NCBI RefSeq assembly: GCF_001997385.1
Contig: NZ_CP019633.1
Span: 2,520,001-2,552,000, forward strand
Length of the DNA: 32,000 nucleotides
Source of the DNA: Sedimentisphaera cyanobacteriorum
GTDB taxonomy: Bacteria > Planctomycetota > Phycisphaerae > Sedimentisphaerales > Sedimentisphaeraceae
Direction of reading: 5' to 3'
A program made the position numbers and the translations under genes. The notes beneath the pieces are model-generated. The model was not told the DNA's origin, ran no database searches, and was given only the letters and a program-made list of their open reading frames with translations. Below, piece by piece: positions 8,409 to 18,818 of this stretch (position 1 is the stretch's first letter; each line of letters begins with the position of its first letter).

Positions 8409-9605
8409 TCAGCTTTTCTTTCTTGTCTTCTTTGTTTTAGCGGAAGCCTTTTTGCCGGCAGATACGCTTTTTGAAGTCTTGCCTGAAGTTTTCTTCGCTG
8501 CAGTTTTCTTTTTGGAAGCAGTTTTTTTAGAAGCGGTTTTCTTTGAAGAAGTTTTCTTGGATGCTGAGGTCTTTTTGGAAGCAGTTTTCTTGGCAGAGCT
8601 TCCAGATGCCTTCTTCTTCGCTGCTGAAGAGCTCTTCTTGTCTGCGGTTTTCTTGGTTGTCTTTTTAGTCGTTTTCTTAGCTGCCTTTTTTGCGGATTTC
8701 TTGGCTGTCTTGGTTTTTGAAGCAGGTTTTGCTTTTTCAGAGCTCTCAGCGTCTGATGATTTCTTCTTTGAGGCAGTCTTTTTCGAAGAGGCCTTTTTCG
8801 TTGAAATTTTCTTTGCAGGAGACTTCTTCGGGGATGCCTTTCCAGCCGATTTCTTTGCGGCTTTCTTATCAGAAGCAGCAGCCTTTTTCTTTGCCGAGCT
8901 TCCAGATGCCTTCTTCTTTGCTGTTTTCTTGCTGGTTTTCTTCGAGGCAGTCTTATTTTTCTCAGAAGACTTTTTCTTTTTCATTTCTTTTTCTTCATAC
9001 TCAGCAGCAAGCTCTCTGAGCATATAAAAAGTTTTTTCTGTATCTTTGCTGGTAATCTGCCTTACAACGAAATTTTTTATTTCTCTCCTGCTGGAGTCTG
9101 GATGAACGAGCTGCTCGCTTTTGAGCATATCTTCAATGCTCTGATTTACAGGCAAAACGTGTGAATGCTTGAGGAAGAGCAGTACATAATCTATTGCAAA
9201 CTCAGAGATTCCGCCCACATCATCAAGTATCTGCTTGGCCTGCTTTTTGCCGGCTTCATCAAGCTCTTCGAGGGTGGTTCTGTCGAGATTTGTAAAAATA
9301 GAGTTTAGGGTGTTTATAAGGGCGTCGGAGATCTCTCTCTGCAAATCAGGGTTTACCCCTGCATTATCAATAATAGAAATAATCTCTTCGTTCCTCGAGA
9401 CCCTTAGGTCGTTCCAGTCAACAAAGTGCTCACGCATAAGCTCAATGCACTTATCCACCATCTTTTCAGAAACAAACTCGCTCAAAATCCCTCTAACGAT
9501 GCAGTCTGTATTGGTGGGGAACTGGGGTGATTCGTAATTCCTGTCTTGCAAAGACTTTTTAAGAAATTTTTTCAGCTTTTCTGAATACTGCTTGGAGTTT
9601 TTCAT
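8409..9605 (-). CDS. two-part protein: N-terminal ~190-aa helical (HhH-like?) domain fused to a ~200-aa Lys/Ser/Ala/Thr-rich histone-H1-like tail
   Basis: The long ORF starts 27 nt downstream of rbfA on the same strand. The C-terminal half is (KKTASKK/KKKASGSSAKK)n low complexity. The N-terminal half (VDWNDLRVSRNEEIISII...GGISEFAIDYVLLFL) loosely recalls helix-hairpin-helix DNA-binding domains. That domain assignment is a guess. Confidence 0.6.
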   Translation of the reverse strand: MKNSKQYSEKLKKFLKKSLQDRNYESPQFPTNTDCIVRGILSEFVSEKMVDKCIELMREHFVDWNDLRVSRNEEIISIIDNAGVNPDLQREISDALINTLNSIFTNLDRTTLEELDEAGKKQAKQILDDVGGISEFAIDYVLLFLKHSHVLPVNQSIEDMLKSEQLVHPDSSRREIKNFVVRQITSKDTEKTFYMLRELAAEYEEKEMKKKKSSEKNKTASKKTSKKTAKKKASGSSAKKKAAASDKKAAKKSAGKASPKKSPAKKISTKKASSKKTASKKKSSDAESSEKAKPASKTKTAKKSAKKAAKKTTKKTTKKTADKKSSSAAKKKASGSSAKKTASKKTSASKKTSSKKTASKKTASKKKTAAKKTSGKTSKSVSAGKKASAKTKKTRKKS

Positions 9606-9632
9606 TTACAACTGCCCTTAATTCGGGGTCAA

Positions 9633-10031
9633 CTATTCTTTTTCTTCAGGTTTATCTTCAGCCTCGGTGTCGTTCTGGTGAAGCTCTTTGGATATCTTAT
9701 CTATTATTTTCAGCGTTTCATTAGTCTGGTCTTGTTTGACATCCTGATGGAGTGTTATCAATGGGCAGAATCTCATTTTCAGCTCGCCGGCGATTTCAGA
9801 CTGAATAAAGCCCCTTGCATGGGCTATGGCTTTGAATGAAAGCCTGCTTTCTTCTTCCGAAACGCCGAAACAGCTCAGGAAAACATCCGCATAACGCATG
9901 TCCGGCGATAACTCCACTGAATTGACGCTTACAAACGACTTTATTCTCGGGTCCTGAAGCTCCCTGATAGCCTCGCTTACAATATCTCGGATAACTCTGG
10001 CCACCCGAAGCTGCCTTCTGGAACTGTTCAT
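9633..10031 (-). CDS. rbfA: ribosome-binding factor A
   Basis: RRQLRVARVIRDIVSEAI...VSVNSVELSPDMRYADVF matches RbfA. It sits directly downstream of infB, as in the classical operon. Confidence 0.85.
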   Translation of the reverse strand: MNSSRRQLRVARVIRDIVSEAIRELQDPRIKSFVSVNSVELSPDMRYADVFLSCFGVSEEESRLSFKAIAHARGFIQSEIAGELKMRFCPLITLHQDVKQDQTNETLKIIDKISKELHQNDTEAEDKPEEKE

Positions 10032-10053
10032 ATAGCACCAGCCTTCTAAGGAC

Positions 10054-12768
10054 TTATTCTACAGTCCTTTTTACTTCTACAATTTCGTAAGCTTCTATCT
10101 GATCATCCACTTTCACGTCGTCATAGCCGGCAATTTTCAGCCCGCATTCATATCCGCTCTTAATTTCACGGACATCTTCCTTGAAGTGTTTTAATGAATC
10201 CACAGAAGCGTTATCTTTTATTACAATATTATCCCTGATCAGTCTTACTCTGCTGTTTCTTGTTACCTTTCCGTCGGTTACATAGCAGCCGGCAATAGTT
10301 CCAACACCCGGGACTCTGAAGGTGTCTCGGACTTTCAGCCTGCCGAGGGTTTGTTCTACCTCATCAGGAGCGAGCATACCCGACATAGCGTCCTTGAGCT
10401 CTTCAGTAATCCTGTAGATTACATTGTAAAGCCTTATATCCACGCCCTTTGCATCAGCAAGCTGCTTTACTTTCACATCAGGAACCACATTAAACCCTAT
10501 AATTACTGCATCGGATGCTTCAGCCAGAACAACATCACCCTCAGTAACCCCGCCTACGCCGGAGTGGATTATATTAATTCTAATCTCTTCTGTGGTTAAG
10601 TCGGAGATGTATTTATGAAGCACATCTACAGAACCCTGCACATCCGCACGGATAATCACCTTCAGCTCCTGAACATTACCCGCTTCAATCTGTGAGAAGA
10701 GGTTGTCGAGAGTAACCTGAGAGCGTTTTGAAAGCCTGCGTTCTCTTGCCTGAGATTTCATCTCTTCTGCGGCCTTCTGGGCCTTGTTTATATCTCTGAG
10801 GATGAAGAATTTATCGCCAGCAGAAGGCACATCGCTAAGGCCTGTTACCTCTACCGGCATTGAAGACTTCGCTTCCTTGAGTGATTTTCCGAAGCTGTTT
10901 TTCATTGAGCGGATTCGTCCGAAGCCGCTTCCTGCAAGGATCACATCGCCCTTTTTCATGCAGCCTTCCCTGATAAGCACGGTAGCAACCACGCCCTGAG
11001 TGCTGGTCATCCTCGCCTCTACTACCCAGCCTGTAGCGGGTATTCCCGGGTCGGCCTTGAATTCATTTATATCTGCTACAAGGTCTAAGTGTTCTACAAG
11101 CTCGCTGATTCCTTCGCCTGTTTCGGCGCTGGTTTTTATTACATCGGTCTGCCCGCCCCATTCTGTGGGCACTAGGTCGTGCTCGGCAAGCTGACCGTAA
11201 ATTTTGTTGGTATCAACGCCCGGGATGTCTATCTTGTTCAATGCTATCACTATCGGAACTTCAGCAGCCTGAGCATGGCGGATAGCTTCAACAGTCTGAG
11301 GCATCACCCCGTCGTCCGCTGCTACCACGAGAACAACAATGTCTGTCATATTCGCTCCCCTTGCACGCATTGAGGTAAAGGCAGCGTGGCCGGGAGTGTC
11401 GAGGAAGGTTACCTTCTTGCCTCCAATTTCCGCCTGATAAGCGCTTACGTGCTGGGTGATTCCGCCTGCCTCGCCTGAGGCAACAGATGCCGAGCGAATC
11501 TTGTCCAACAGCGAGGTCTTTCCGTGGTCAACGTGGCCGAGCATCGTTACGATTGCTGGACGCTTAACTTCATTTCGCTCACGGTTTTCAAATTCCTCGC
11601 TGATTTGTTCTTCTATCGTCTTCTGGTGTTCAATCTCAAGCTCTACACCAAATTCAAGTGCAACAAGCTCGGCTGCCTCTACAGAGATGCTCTGATTGGC
11701 ATTTGCCATAACACCCTGCTTCATAAGCTGAAGGATTATATCGTTCACCTTAACGGCAAGTGCAGATGAAAGAGACTTAACACTAATTGGTTCTGATATA
11801 GAGGCCTTCTTGGGACGCTGCTGCTCAGCAGGTTTCTGCTGCTCACCCTTCTTTTTGGATTCTATTTTGCGGGGAGTTTTGAAACCGACTTTCTTGCCTC
11901 TTGCAGCTGCAAGGCGGGCTTTTCTTTCCTCAACATCCCGACCTCTCAGCTTGCTTTTCTTAGCAATTTTAGGTATTTTGATTTTTTCCTCTTCTCCGCC
12001 TTTGTGTTCTTTCTTTTTCTTATCCTTCTTGCTCTTCACCGGCTGGGGCTGAGCAGATTCTGGTACAGGCTGAGGAGCTGTCTGAGGTTTCTTTTTGAAA
12101 TGCGGTTTTGTTTCTTCGCCCTTCTTACCCGGCCTTTTTTTGTGGTGCCTTGGTTTGTGAACAGATTCCATCCTCACAACCTTCGGCCCGCTCAGCTTGG
12201 CAGGAGCCGGGGAATCAAGCCTTGGCCCTGCTGGTTTGATGTCTTCAGCCTTTGGAAGCTCGACCATCTGAGGTTGTTTTCCATCGTCGGTTTTCTTCTG
12301 CTCAGGCTCATCAGAGGCAGACCTCTTTTGTGAAGCGGTCTGTTCCTTCTTTTCTTCCGGCTTATGTTCTTCAGCTTCCGGCTTTTCAGCCTTGGCGGCA
12401 GTCTTATGCCTTGTGGATGTTTTGCCAGTTAGTCTGCTTCTCGGGATGGGCTTTTGCTCAGGAGCTTTCTGCTCTTGAACTTCCTGCTGTTCAGACTTAT
12501 CTTCTTCTGAAGAAGCTTCAGACTGGACAGTCTTTTTCTTCTGCTCATTTACTCTGTATTTATCATCAACGGGAGCAGCGGTTTCCACAGTAGTTTTATG
12601 TTCACCTGCCGAGAACCATTCTCTGATTGTAGCTGCGCGTCCGGCAGACAGGGTTGACATATGATTTTTCACATCCATACCCTCTGCCTGGCATTTTTCC
12701 ACAATCACCTTGCTTTTAACGCCAAGTTCCTTAGCTAAAATATGAACTCTTGTTACCGGTTTTGCCAA
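10054..12768 (-). CDS. infB: translation initiation factor IF-2
   Basis: GTPase motifs [17 protein letters not shown] and NKID. Long K/E/P-rich N-terminal region. TTG start with GGGAG 7 nt upstream. Lies downstream of nusA. Confidence 0.95.
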   Translation of the reverse strand: MAKPVTRVHILAKELGVKSKVIVEKCQAEGMDVKNHMSTLSAGRAATIREWFSAGEHKTTVETAAPVDDKYRVNEQKKKTVQSEASSEEDKSEQQEVQEQKAPEQKPIPRSRLTGKTSTRHKTAAKAEKPEAEEHKPEEKKEQTASQKRSASDEPEQKKTDDGKQPQMVELPKAEDIKPAGPRLDSPAPAKLSGPKVVRMESVHKPRHHKKRPGKKGEETKPHFKKKPQTAPQPVPESAQPQPVKSKKDKKKKEHKGGEEEKIKIPKIAKKSKLRGRDVEERKARLAAARGKKVGFKTPRKIESKKKGEQQKPAEQQRPKKASISEPISVKSLSSALAVKVNDIILQLMKQGVMANANQSISVEAAELVALEFGVELEIEHQKTIEEQISEEFENRERNEVKRPAIVTMLGHVDHGKTSLLDKIRSASVASGEAGGITQHVSAYQAEIGGKKVTFLDTPGHAAFTSMRARGANMTDIVVLVVAADDGVMPQTVEAIRHAQAAEVPIVIALNKIDIPGVDTNKIYGQLAEHDLVPTEWGGQTDVIKTSAETGEGISELVEHLDLVADINEFKADPGIPATGWVVEARMTSTQGVVATVLIREGCMKKGDVILAGSGFGRIRSMKNSFGKSLKEAKSSMPVEVTGLSDVPSAGDKFFILRDINKAQKAAEEMKSQARERRLSKRSQVTLDNLFSQIEAGNVQELKVIIRADVQGSVDVLHKYISDLTTEEIRINIIHSGVGGVTEGDVVLAEASDAVIIGFNVVPDVKVKQLADAKGVDIRLYNVIYRITEELKDAMSGMLAPDEVEQTLGRLKVRDTFRVPGVGTIAGCYVTDGKVTRNSRVRLIRDNIVIKDNASVDSLKHFKEDVREIKSGYECGLKIAGYDDVKVDDQIEAYEIVEVKRTVE

Positions 12769-12806
12769 ATTATTGCTCCCTTTTTGGGCTCGAAACCCTG
12801 AAACTT

Positions 12807-14066
12807 TTATTCTTCCGGATTCTCTTGCAGGTCTGCTTGCTGCTCTGTCTGCTCATCTTCCTGCTGAGCATCTTTCTGCTCAGCGGCTTGACCATCGTTT
12901 TCCGCCTGCTCCGGAAATTCCTCTTTGAGCTTTTCTCTTGCGGCCTCTATAACCTTCTCGGCAAGCCCGGGCTCAAAATTGAGCTCCTCAACGAGCGGCT
13001 CACTGCCTACTTCATCAAGATCATCGAGGGAGATTATGCCCAAGGCTATCAATTCATCTACAAGCCTCGGCTCATCCTCTAAAAGATGTTCAAGGGCACT
13101 GTTAAGTGTATCTACGCTTTCATTATATTCATCAGGTGTAAGGATTTCAATATCCCAGTCTGTAAGCCTTGCGGCAAGACGTACGTTCTGCCCGTGCTTG
13201 CCGATAGCGAGGCTGAGCTGGTCTTCAGGTACCACTACTACCGCCTTGCCCAGCTCAAAACAGAGCGTAATCTCCGATGCAGCCGCCGGCTTTACGGCGT
13301 TGATTATAAATGCCTGAGAAGACTCGCTCCAAGGTACAATATCAATCTTCTCCCCGCTGAGCTCATCTACAATGCTCTTTATCCTGCTGCCTCGAACGCC
13401 CACGCAAGCACCTATCGGGTCTATGCGGTCGTCAACAGATTCAACAGCAATCTTTGTGCGGTATCCTGCTTCTCTTGAGAGCGAGCGAACTTCCACGATA
13501 CCGTCTGCAATCTCCGGGACCTCAAGCTCAAACAGCCTTCGTACAAAATCCGGGTGTGTTCGAGACAGGATAATCCTTACCTGACTCGTCCCCTCTTTAA
13601 CCTCTGTTACAAGAGCACGTACTGTTTCGCCAGGGCGGAAATTCTCGCCTGCAATCTGTTCCTCTTTGGGCAGCTCTGCCTCAACACGATTTCCCAGACC
13701 TACGACGATTTTCTTGCGGCGTTCCTTGCGCAGAACAGCACCCGTAATTATTTCGCCCTTACGCTGTACAAATTCGGCAAAGATGCTGCCTCTCTCGTCT
13801 GCTTTAATCCGCTGAATCATCACCTGCTTAACGGTCTGGGCAGCTATCCTGCCCATAACGCTTATATCAAGCAGTTCATCGTCCATATATGCAGTTATCT
13901 CTCCGCTTGTTCTGTCTATATGGATGGTGTACTCGGCATCCTGAACGCCGTAGTATTTGCGCACACCAGAAACCATTGCAGTTTCCAGATCCTGAAAAAG
14001 CGACTCCAGATCTATATTCTTATCTCTGGCTATATTCTCTATTATCCTGACAAGTTCCTGATTCAT
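12807..14066 (-). CDS. nusA: transcription termination/antitermination factor NusA
   Basis: The N-terminal domain, S1 and two KH domains are recognisable (GEIITGAV...; [18 protein letters not shown]; [16 protein letters not shown]). There is an acidic C-terminal tail. Confidence 0.95.
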   Translation of the reverse strand: MNQELVRIIENIARDKNIDLESLFQDLETAMVSGVRKYYGVQDAEYTIHIDRTSGEITAYMDDELLDISVMGRIAAQTVKQVMIQRIKADERGSIFAEFVQRKGEIITGAVLRKERRKKIVVGLGNRVEAELPKEEQIAGENFRPGETVRALVTEVKEGTSQVRIILSRTHPDFVRRLFELEVPEIADGIVEVRSLSREAGYRTKIAVESVDDRIDPIGACVGVRGSRIKSIVDELSGEKIDIVPWSESSQAFIINAVKPAAASEITLCFELGKAVVVVPEDQLSLAIGKHGQNVRLAARLTDWDIEILTPDEYNESVDTLNSALEHLLEDEPRLVDELIALGIISLDDLDEVGSEPLVEELNFEPGLAEKVIEAAREKLKEEFPEQAENDGQAAEQKDAQQEDEQTEQQADLQENPEE

Positions 14067-14263
14067 ATTTTTTCCGTTCCATATAAAAACAAAAAAGCGG
14101 AACCCACGGGCGCCGCCTCTCTATAACTGACAAAAATATACACCGCCGCCTGCCGCAGCAGCTCGAAAAACGGAGCAATTACGTAATCATCTGCAATCGC
14201 CTTTGCCAAAAATATTTTTCTCAGTATAACGAAGCATAAACCCGCTATAAGTAATTTGTTCAC

Positions 14264-14288
14264 AAAAAAAAGACACTCACGTGTCTTT
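14264..14288 (-). terminator. intrinsic-terminator-like hairpin in the nusA leader (minus strand)
   Basis: The minus strand reads AAAGACAC-GTGA-GTGTCTTT followed by TTTTTTGTG (perfect 8-bp stem, 4-nt loop, U-run). It lies ~200 nt upstream of the nusA start, with no gene above it on that strand. Confidence 0.5.
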
Positions 14289-14738
14289 ATAATTAATTAG
14301 ACATTTCCCGCCGCAGTTAGCTAAGACTGCAACTTTGGTTATTTTAATGCAACCATTGAGACATGTCAACTGCTTATCATATTATTTTGGAAAATCTAAT
14401 TGATTCGGGTAAAAAAACTTACCGAAAATCCTCTCGCTAAGGCTGAAATCTTCAGCAATCAAGCTTTTTATCTCTGTCTTGGGTTCTGTTTCCGGCAGGG
14501 GTTAGGAAATAATGCTAAAACCAACCAGCAGACGAAGATGAATCAGAAACGTGTTATCTTTGATTTGCCCGGAGGAAAATATACAATATTACAAATACTC
14601 TCCTGCTGATAAGAGCCTTGAATTATCAAAAGCAGGCGGATTTTTGGGTGTAAAATGCTTGTAACCCAGACCACTGAAAGCAAGACTATATCCATGCAGT
14701 TTTCTCCAATGCAAATACTAATCAGGCAGACTTTTTAG

Positions 14739-16802
14739 ATGTACGAAGGCAGAATCAAGTTTATAGTGGCAGTGTTTATCTTTCTTCTCTGCATAACCGC
14801 AGGGAGGCTGATAAACCTCCAGTTAGTCCATTGCGAGGCTACCAGAGACCAGATCTCGCGTACGGGTGTTAAATCGGCGCAGGTCTTGCCTACAGTTCGC
14901 GGCAGCATTACCGACCGTTTCGGGGAAAAGCTCGCTGTTGACAGTCCTGTATTCCAGCTAATGATTCGCTATGAGCTTTCAAGACTGCTTGACGAGAGGT
15001 TTTGGCAGGCCAACGCTGTTGTCCGCTCGGAAGATAAAGGGGTGAGCTTAGAGAAGGCGAGGGAGTATTGGGAGGATCAGCTCGCCTCGGATATTGAGCT
15101 TCTTGATACCGTCCTCGAATATGCAGAGAAATACTCGCCGGCAGGACTTGAGGATATTAAGCAGAGAATATCTGAAATAAACGACAGAATGTGGCGTTTG
15201 AGGAGGTATTTCGCTTGGAGAAGAAACTTTCCCAATTCCAGCTCAATCTCAGATTTCGACAGCCTCCCAAAACGTGAAAGACTTGCTAAAGAGGCCTTTG
15301 TAAATGATCTCTGGGAGATGAAAAAGAAATGGTTTCCAATAGCCGATATCTCGCAAGACAAGATTTATCACGCTCAAAACACCCTTTCCTCCAATCCGGA
15401 AGTAAAGATATCCACCAGAGGCAGAAGAAAATATCCTTACGGTAAAACCGCATCGCAGATTATCGGCTGGGTTAATCCTTCCCAGCCCGATAAAGAACTT
15501 TTCAAGAATGATGAACTGATTCGCTACAGAGAAAAGGAAGTGGCAGGGTTTGCAGGGACAGAGAGGATCTGCGAGCCGTTTTTAAGGGGCAGACGGGGGA
15601 AGATTGTGTACAGAAAACGGGATAAGCCCCCCGAGCAGAAGCCAAGGGAATTCGGCGACAACGTTCGGCTTACTCTGGATATCAAACTTCAGGAAAAAAT
15701 TGAGAAACTGCTCAACGACCCCCTGAGAAACCCAAACAGCGATAAAATCTGCAATGCGGTGGTTATTGATGCACGCAGATCGGAGATCCTTGCCGCTGTT
15801 TCACAGCCTAGCTTCAACCTGCAAAAAGCAAGACAAAACTACAACCAGATAATCTCAGACCCAAACAAACCTTCAGTTAACAAGGCTTTCGAAAAGCTTT
15901 ATCCGCCTGGTTCTACGATAAAACCGCTTATTCTCGCAGCTGCCCTTGAGGAGGGAGAAGTTGGAATTAATGAAACGATAAGCTGCTCTCTGCCTGCCGA
16001 TGAGAACTGGCCGCGATGCTGGCTTCAGAGGCTTGGAAGCTGCCATGATTACCAGTTTGAAGGCGAAGGCGGCAATAACGGCAGAAACGCCATTCGGGGA
16101 AGCTGCAATGTGTATTTCACAAAGGCCGCCCACCGGCTCGCACCGCTAAAGCTCCAGAAACACCTCTTCAATTCAGGCTTCGGAAGGGAAATACTATGCC
16201 CGATAGATTTTTCTCTCGTTGGCTGGAAGGTTGAGAATATGCCTTCAGAAGACAGGAATTTGCCTGAATCTCGGGGTATAATATGGAGCGGATACGACAC
16301 CCCCGAAGGCAGGGACATTGAGGGCATCCCTCCGCTGAGCAGCAGCGAGCGGCGATGGTTCGGAATGGGGCAGGGGAATCTGCGCGTGAGCCTTCTTCAA
16401 ATAGCAAACCTCTACGCCTCAATTGCGAGGGACGGAGTGTTTGAAAGGCCCGTAATTTACTCCAACATCTCCGAACCGCGGAGAAAGCAGGATTTGGGAT
16501 GGTCTGAGTCAACGGTTGAAAATGTTCAAAAGGGGCTCTGGATGGTGGTGAACAAGATACACGGCACAGCATACAAGCAGTTTAAGGGCTCTGACCTATT
16601 AGAGCTGGACATTGAGATCTACGGGAAAACCGGCTCCACCCAGAACCCGGAAAACGCCCTTTTCGCAGGCTACATCGAGGCGGAAAATTCCACGATTGCG
16701 ATTGCAGTTATCATTGAAGGCGGGCAGAGCGGAGCAAGAGACGGAGCTCCTCTCGGAAGAGAGCTATTTAAAGTGATTGAAGAATGCGGCTATTTCGATT
16801 AA
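14739..16802 (+). CDS. class B penicillin-binding protein (PBP2/FtsI-type D,D-transpeptidase)
   Basis: N-terminal membrane anchor, then transpeptidase motifs SxxK (GSTIKP), SxN (GSCNVY) and KTG (GKTGST) in the correct order and spacing. Confidence 0.9.
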   Translation: MYEGRIKFIVAVFIFLLCITAGRLINLQLVHCEATRDQISRTGVKSAQVLPTVRGSITDRFGEKLAVDSPVFQLMIRYELSRLLDERFWQANAVVRSEDKGVSLEKAREYWEDQLASDIELLDTVLEYAEKYSPAGLEDIKQRISEINDRMWRLRRYFAWRRNFPNSSSISDFDSLPKRERLAKEAFVNDLWEMKKKWFPIADISQDKIYHAQNTLSSNPEVKISTRGRRKYPYGKTASQIIGWVNPSQPDKELFKNDELIRYREKEVAGFAGTERICEPFLRGRRGKIVYRKRDKPPEQKPREFGDNVRLTLDIKLQEKIEKLLNDPLRNPNSDKICNAVVIDARRSEILAAVSQPSFNLQKARQNYNQIISDPNKPSVNKAFEKLYPPGSTIKPLILAAALEEGEVGINETISCSLPADENWPRCWLQRLGSCHDYQFEGEGGNNGRNAIRGSCNVYFTKAAHRLAPLKLQKHLFNSGFGREILCPIDFSLVGWKVENMPSEDRNLPESRGIIWSGYDTPEGRDIEGIPPLSSSERRWFGMGQGNLRVSLLQIANLYASIARDGVFERPVIYSNISEPRRKQDLGWSESTVENVQKGLWMVVNKIHGTAYKQFKGSDLLELDIEIYGKTGSTQNPENALFAGYIEAENSTIAIAVIIEGGQSGARDGAPLGRELFKVIEECGYFD

Positions 16803-16842
16803 ATTACCGTTCTGGTTTTGAAAAATTATTTTACGGGGATAT

Positions 16843-17589
16843 ATGGACGACGGGAAAAAACTGAATTATTTTGAATTGGTCAACAAGGCTTACGATTTCT
16901 ACAAGGCCAACTGGCAGGGACTTCTTAAATACGGCGGGATCTTCTTTATCATAATGACCCTAGCTCAGGTGCCGATTGTGGTTTATCTATTCTCGCAGGG
17001 CTACGGGGAAAACACCGACCTTATCAAGTTTTTCAAAAAGCTCTCGGCAAACTCGCTTGCAGTTATATTTATGCTCTCAGTGGTTACGCAGCTTATCGGA
17101 GTTTGTCTGATAACAGGGCTTATACGTATCGTCGGGGCGATGATAGAAGAAAAGCAGCATTCAGCAGCAACGCTCACAAACTGCTCAGACTGTTTCTGGA
17201 AAGTTTTAGGCTGCTACTTTGCGATGCATATTGCTGCGCTTGTGCCGGTGTTTGCCGCAGAAGTGCTCGGGCTGGGCGGAATTGCCGGAGGAACGGGCAC
17301 TGTAATTGCATTCGGAATCTCGGCTTATCTGGTGATGAGGATGATTTTTGCGCTTTTCTTTATTGCCGAAACGAAAATGACAGTGCGGGAATCTGTCCTC
17401 TCGAGCCTCGCTATGACAGGAAGCGAACACGGCTTAATGCTCAAGCTCATTCTAACGGTATTCGCGGCATTTCTGCTCACTCTCTACACCTACGGATTTG
17501 CAACCGTGATTGTTATGCCGTTTATGGGGTGCATATTCACCTTCGTTTTCAGAAAGCTAAAGCAAATAAAAACAAAAAAGCCTGAGTGA
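16843..17589 (+). CDS. polytopic membrane protein, family not recognised
   Basis: Starts 40 nt after the PBP gene. About 6 hydrophobic helices, with a K-rich C-terminus. Confidence 0.6.
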   Translation: MDDGKKLNYFELVNKAYDFYKANWQGLLKYGGIFFIIMTLAQVPIVVYLFSQGYGENTDLIKFFKKLSANSLAVIFMLSVVTQLIGVCLITGLIRIVGAMIEEKQHSAATLTNCSDCFWKVLGCYFAMHIAALVPVFAAEVLGLGGIAGGTGTVIAFGISAYLVMRMIFALFFIAETKMTVRESVLSSLAMTGSEHGLMLKLILTVFAAFLLTLYTYGFATVIVMPFMGCIFTFVFRKLKQIKTKKPE

Positions 17590-17910
17590 GTACTGTCAAA
17601 CAGGGCCTTTAACACAAGACCCTTTTCAAATGCTGAGCAGTAAATAAGTTTCAGCGGCTTCTTGCTGCAATTATTTTTTGCAAACGTTTTTGACTGCGGC
17701 TTTGTTTATACCGTAAATCCTTATCGTATGCTCAAATCGGCTGTGGCTGCGGGAAATCGGGGGCGATATTTTTCTGCTCTGTTTTTGATAAGCACGAACA
17801 TCTGACCTAAGCTCGTCTTTTAGTTTAACCTTGATAAATAAGCTTTTTGCTGGATAATAATGGTATGAGATTAAACATTTTTCCAGAGCAGAAACAGACG
17901 GGGAGGTAAT

Positions 17911-18666
17911 ATGGCCGGATTTTTTGGCAATTTAGCTTACGGGCTCGGCAGGAAGCTCGGCCCGAAATTCCGCAAGGCAAAATGGCTCTACAAAACGATG
18001 TCTGAGGGCAGCAAAGAGAGCATCAAGGCAGAGTATGAGCTTGGGCTCGATCTCTATAGCGAGGTGGCCGAAAAACTCACCCTCAACTCCAACACCTCTT
18101 TTGCCAGTCTTATCAAAGGCATAGGCACAAAGTTGGGGAGCAAGGTCTCTGATAAAAACTGGAAATTCCATTTCTACCTATACTCAGACCCAACACCGAA
18201 CGCCTTTGCCATACCCGGCGGCTTTATCTTCGTCGCAGACAGCCTCATAGACCTCTGCGGAACAGATAAAAATCAGCTCGCATTTATCCTCTCTCACGAA
18301 ATGGGGCACGTAGTAAAGCGGCACTGCTTCCACAGGACGATAAACGAGTATGCTGTAAATACACTGAAAACCGTGCCGGCAAAGGGTAAGTTCGCACCTG
18401 TAATAAAAAATGCCGGTCTGGATTTCTTTATAAAAAACTACAGCAGAAAGCAGGAAACTCAGGCGGATGAATTTGCAGTGTATCTCTCTTACGCAGCGGG
18501 GTTTAACCCTGCTGCAGGTGCGAGGATGATGAAAGCCCTGGGCGATAAGAATCCAGCTCGAGACGATTATATGAAATATTTCTCCACACACCCGCCTCAC
18601 AACGAAAGGATCGTTCATATCCTTTCAACTTGCAAAAGGATTACAAAAAAACGGAAAGCAACTTAG
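17911..18666 (+). CDS. M48-family Zn metallopeptidase
   Basis: GGGGAGG RBS. NAFAIPGGFIFV followed by the HEMGH zinc motif (LSHEMGHVVKRH) and a downstream E...ADEFA, as in M48/HtpX-like peptidases. Confidence 0.85.
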   Translation: MAGFFGNLAYGLGRKLGPKFRKAKWLYKTMSEGSKESIKAEYELGLDLYSEVAEKLTLNSNTSFASLIKGIGTKLGSKVSDKNWKFHFYLYSDPTPNAFAIPGGFIFVADSLIDLCGTDKNQLAFILSHEMGHVVKRHCFHRTINEYAVNTLKTVPAKGKFAPVIKNAGLDFFIKNYSRKQETQADEFAVYLSYAAGFNPAAGARMMKALGDKNPARDDYMKYFSTHPPHNERIVHILSTCKRITKKRKAT

Positions 18667-18747
18667 TGCAAAATGTAACTTTCCTGCTCTTAACTTGCAA
18701 TAATATGCTTTTTTAGTTTTTCTTTTAACAAAATTTTGCTGAAACCC

Positions 18748-18776
18748 TTGCTTTGTACCGCTATCTTCCCTACTAT
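18748..18776 (+). promoter_or_regulatory. candidate sigma70-type promoter for the corrinoid protein gene
   Basis: TTGCTT (18748-18753), 17-nt spacer, TACTAT (18771-18776), ~40 nt upstream of ATG 18819. Pattern match only. Confidence 0.3.
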
Positions 18777-18818
18777 ATCCTGCGGATATGTTAATTTTTA
18801 TTTTAAAGAGGTATTTAT

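Noticed and set aside
8377-9027. A 216-aa plus-strand ORF rich in F/L/A/V.
   Set aside because: It is the antisense shadow of the AAG/AAA-rich lysine tail of the minus-strand gene 8409-9605. The low-complexity mirror composition gives no independent support.
10351-13584. Numerous 60-130-aa plus-strand ORFs inside infB and nusA.
   Set aside because: All are antisense to strongly supported housekeeping genes, lack RBS signals, and have low-complexity or Ser/Leu-rich shadow composition.
14063-14263. A 66-aa minus-strand ORF immediately upstream of nusA, in the position where rimP is expected.
   Set aside because: It is far shorter than RimP (~150 aa), has no RimP-like sequence, and lies downstream of a terminator-like hairpin. 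It is probably non-coding leader.
17103-17585. A 160-aa alternative-frame ORF (Arg/Cys-rich) within the membrane protein gene.
   Set aside because: It is an out-of-frame overlap with a hydrophobic membrane ORF that has sensible helix periodicity. Arg/Cys-rich composition is typical of an off-frame reading.
18667-18818. A possible cobalamin riboswitch ahead of the corrinoid protein gene.
   Set aside because: The region is only ~150 nt and AT-rich, and I could not find a B12-box-like conserved core. A covariance-model scan would settle this.
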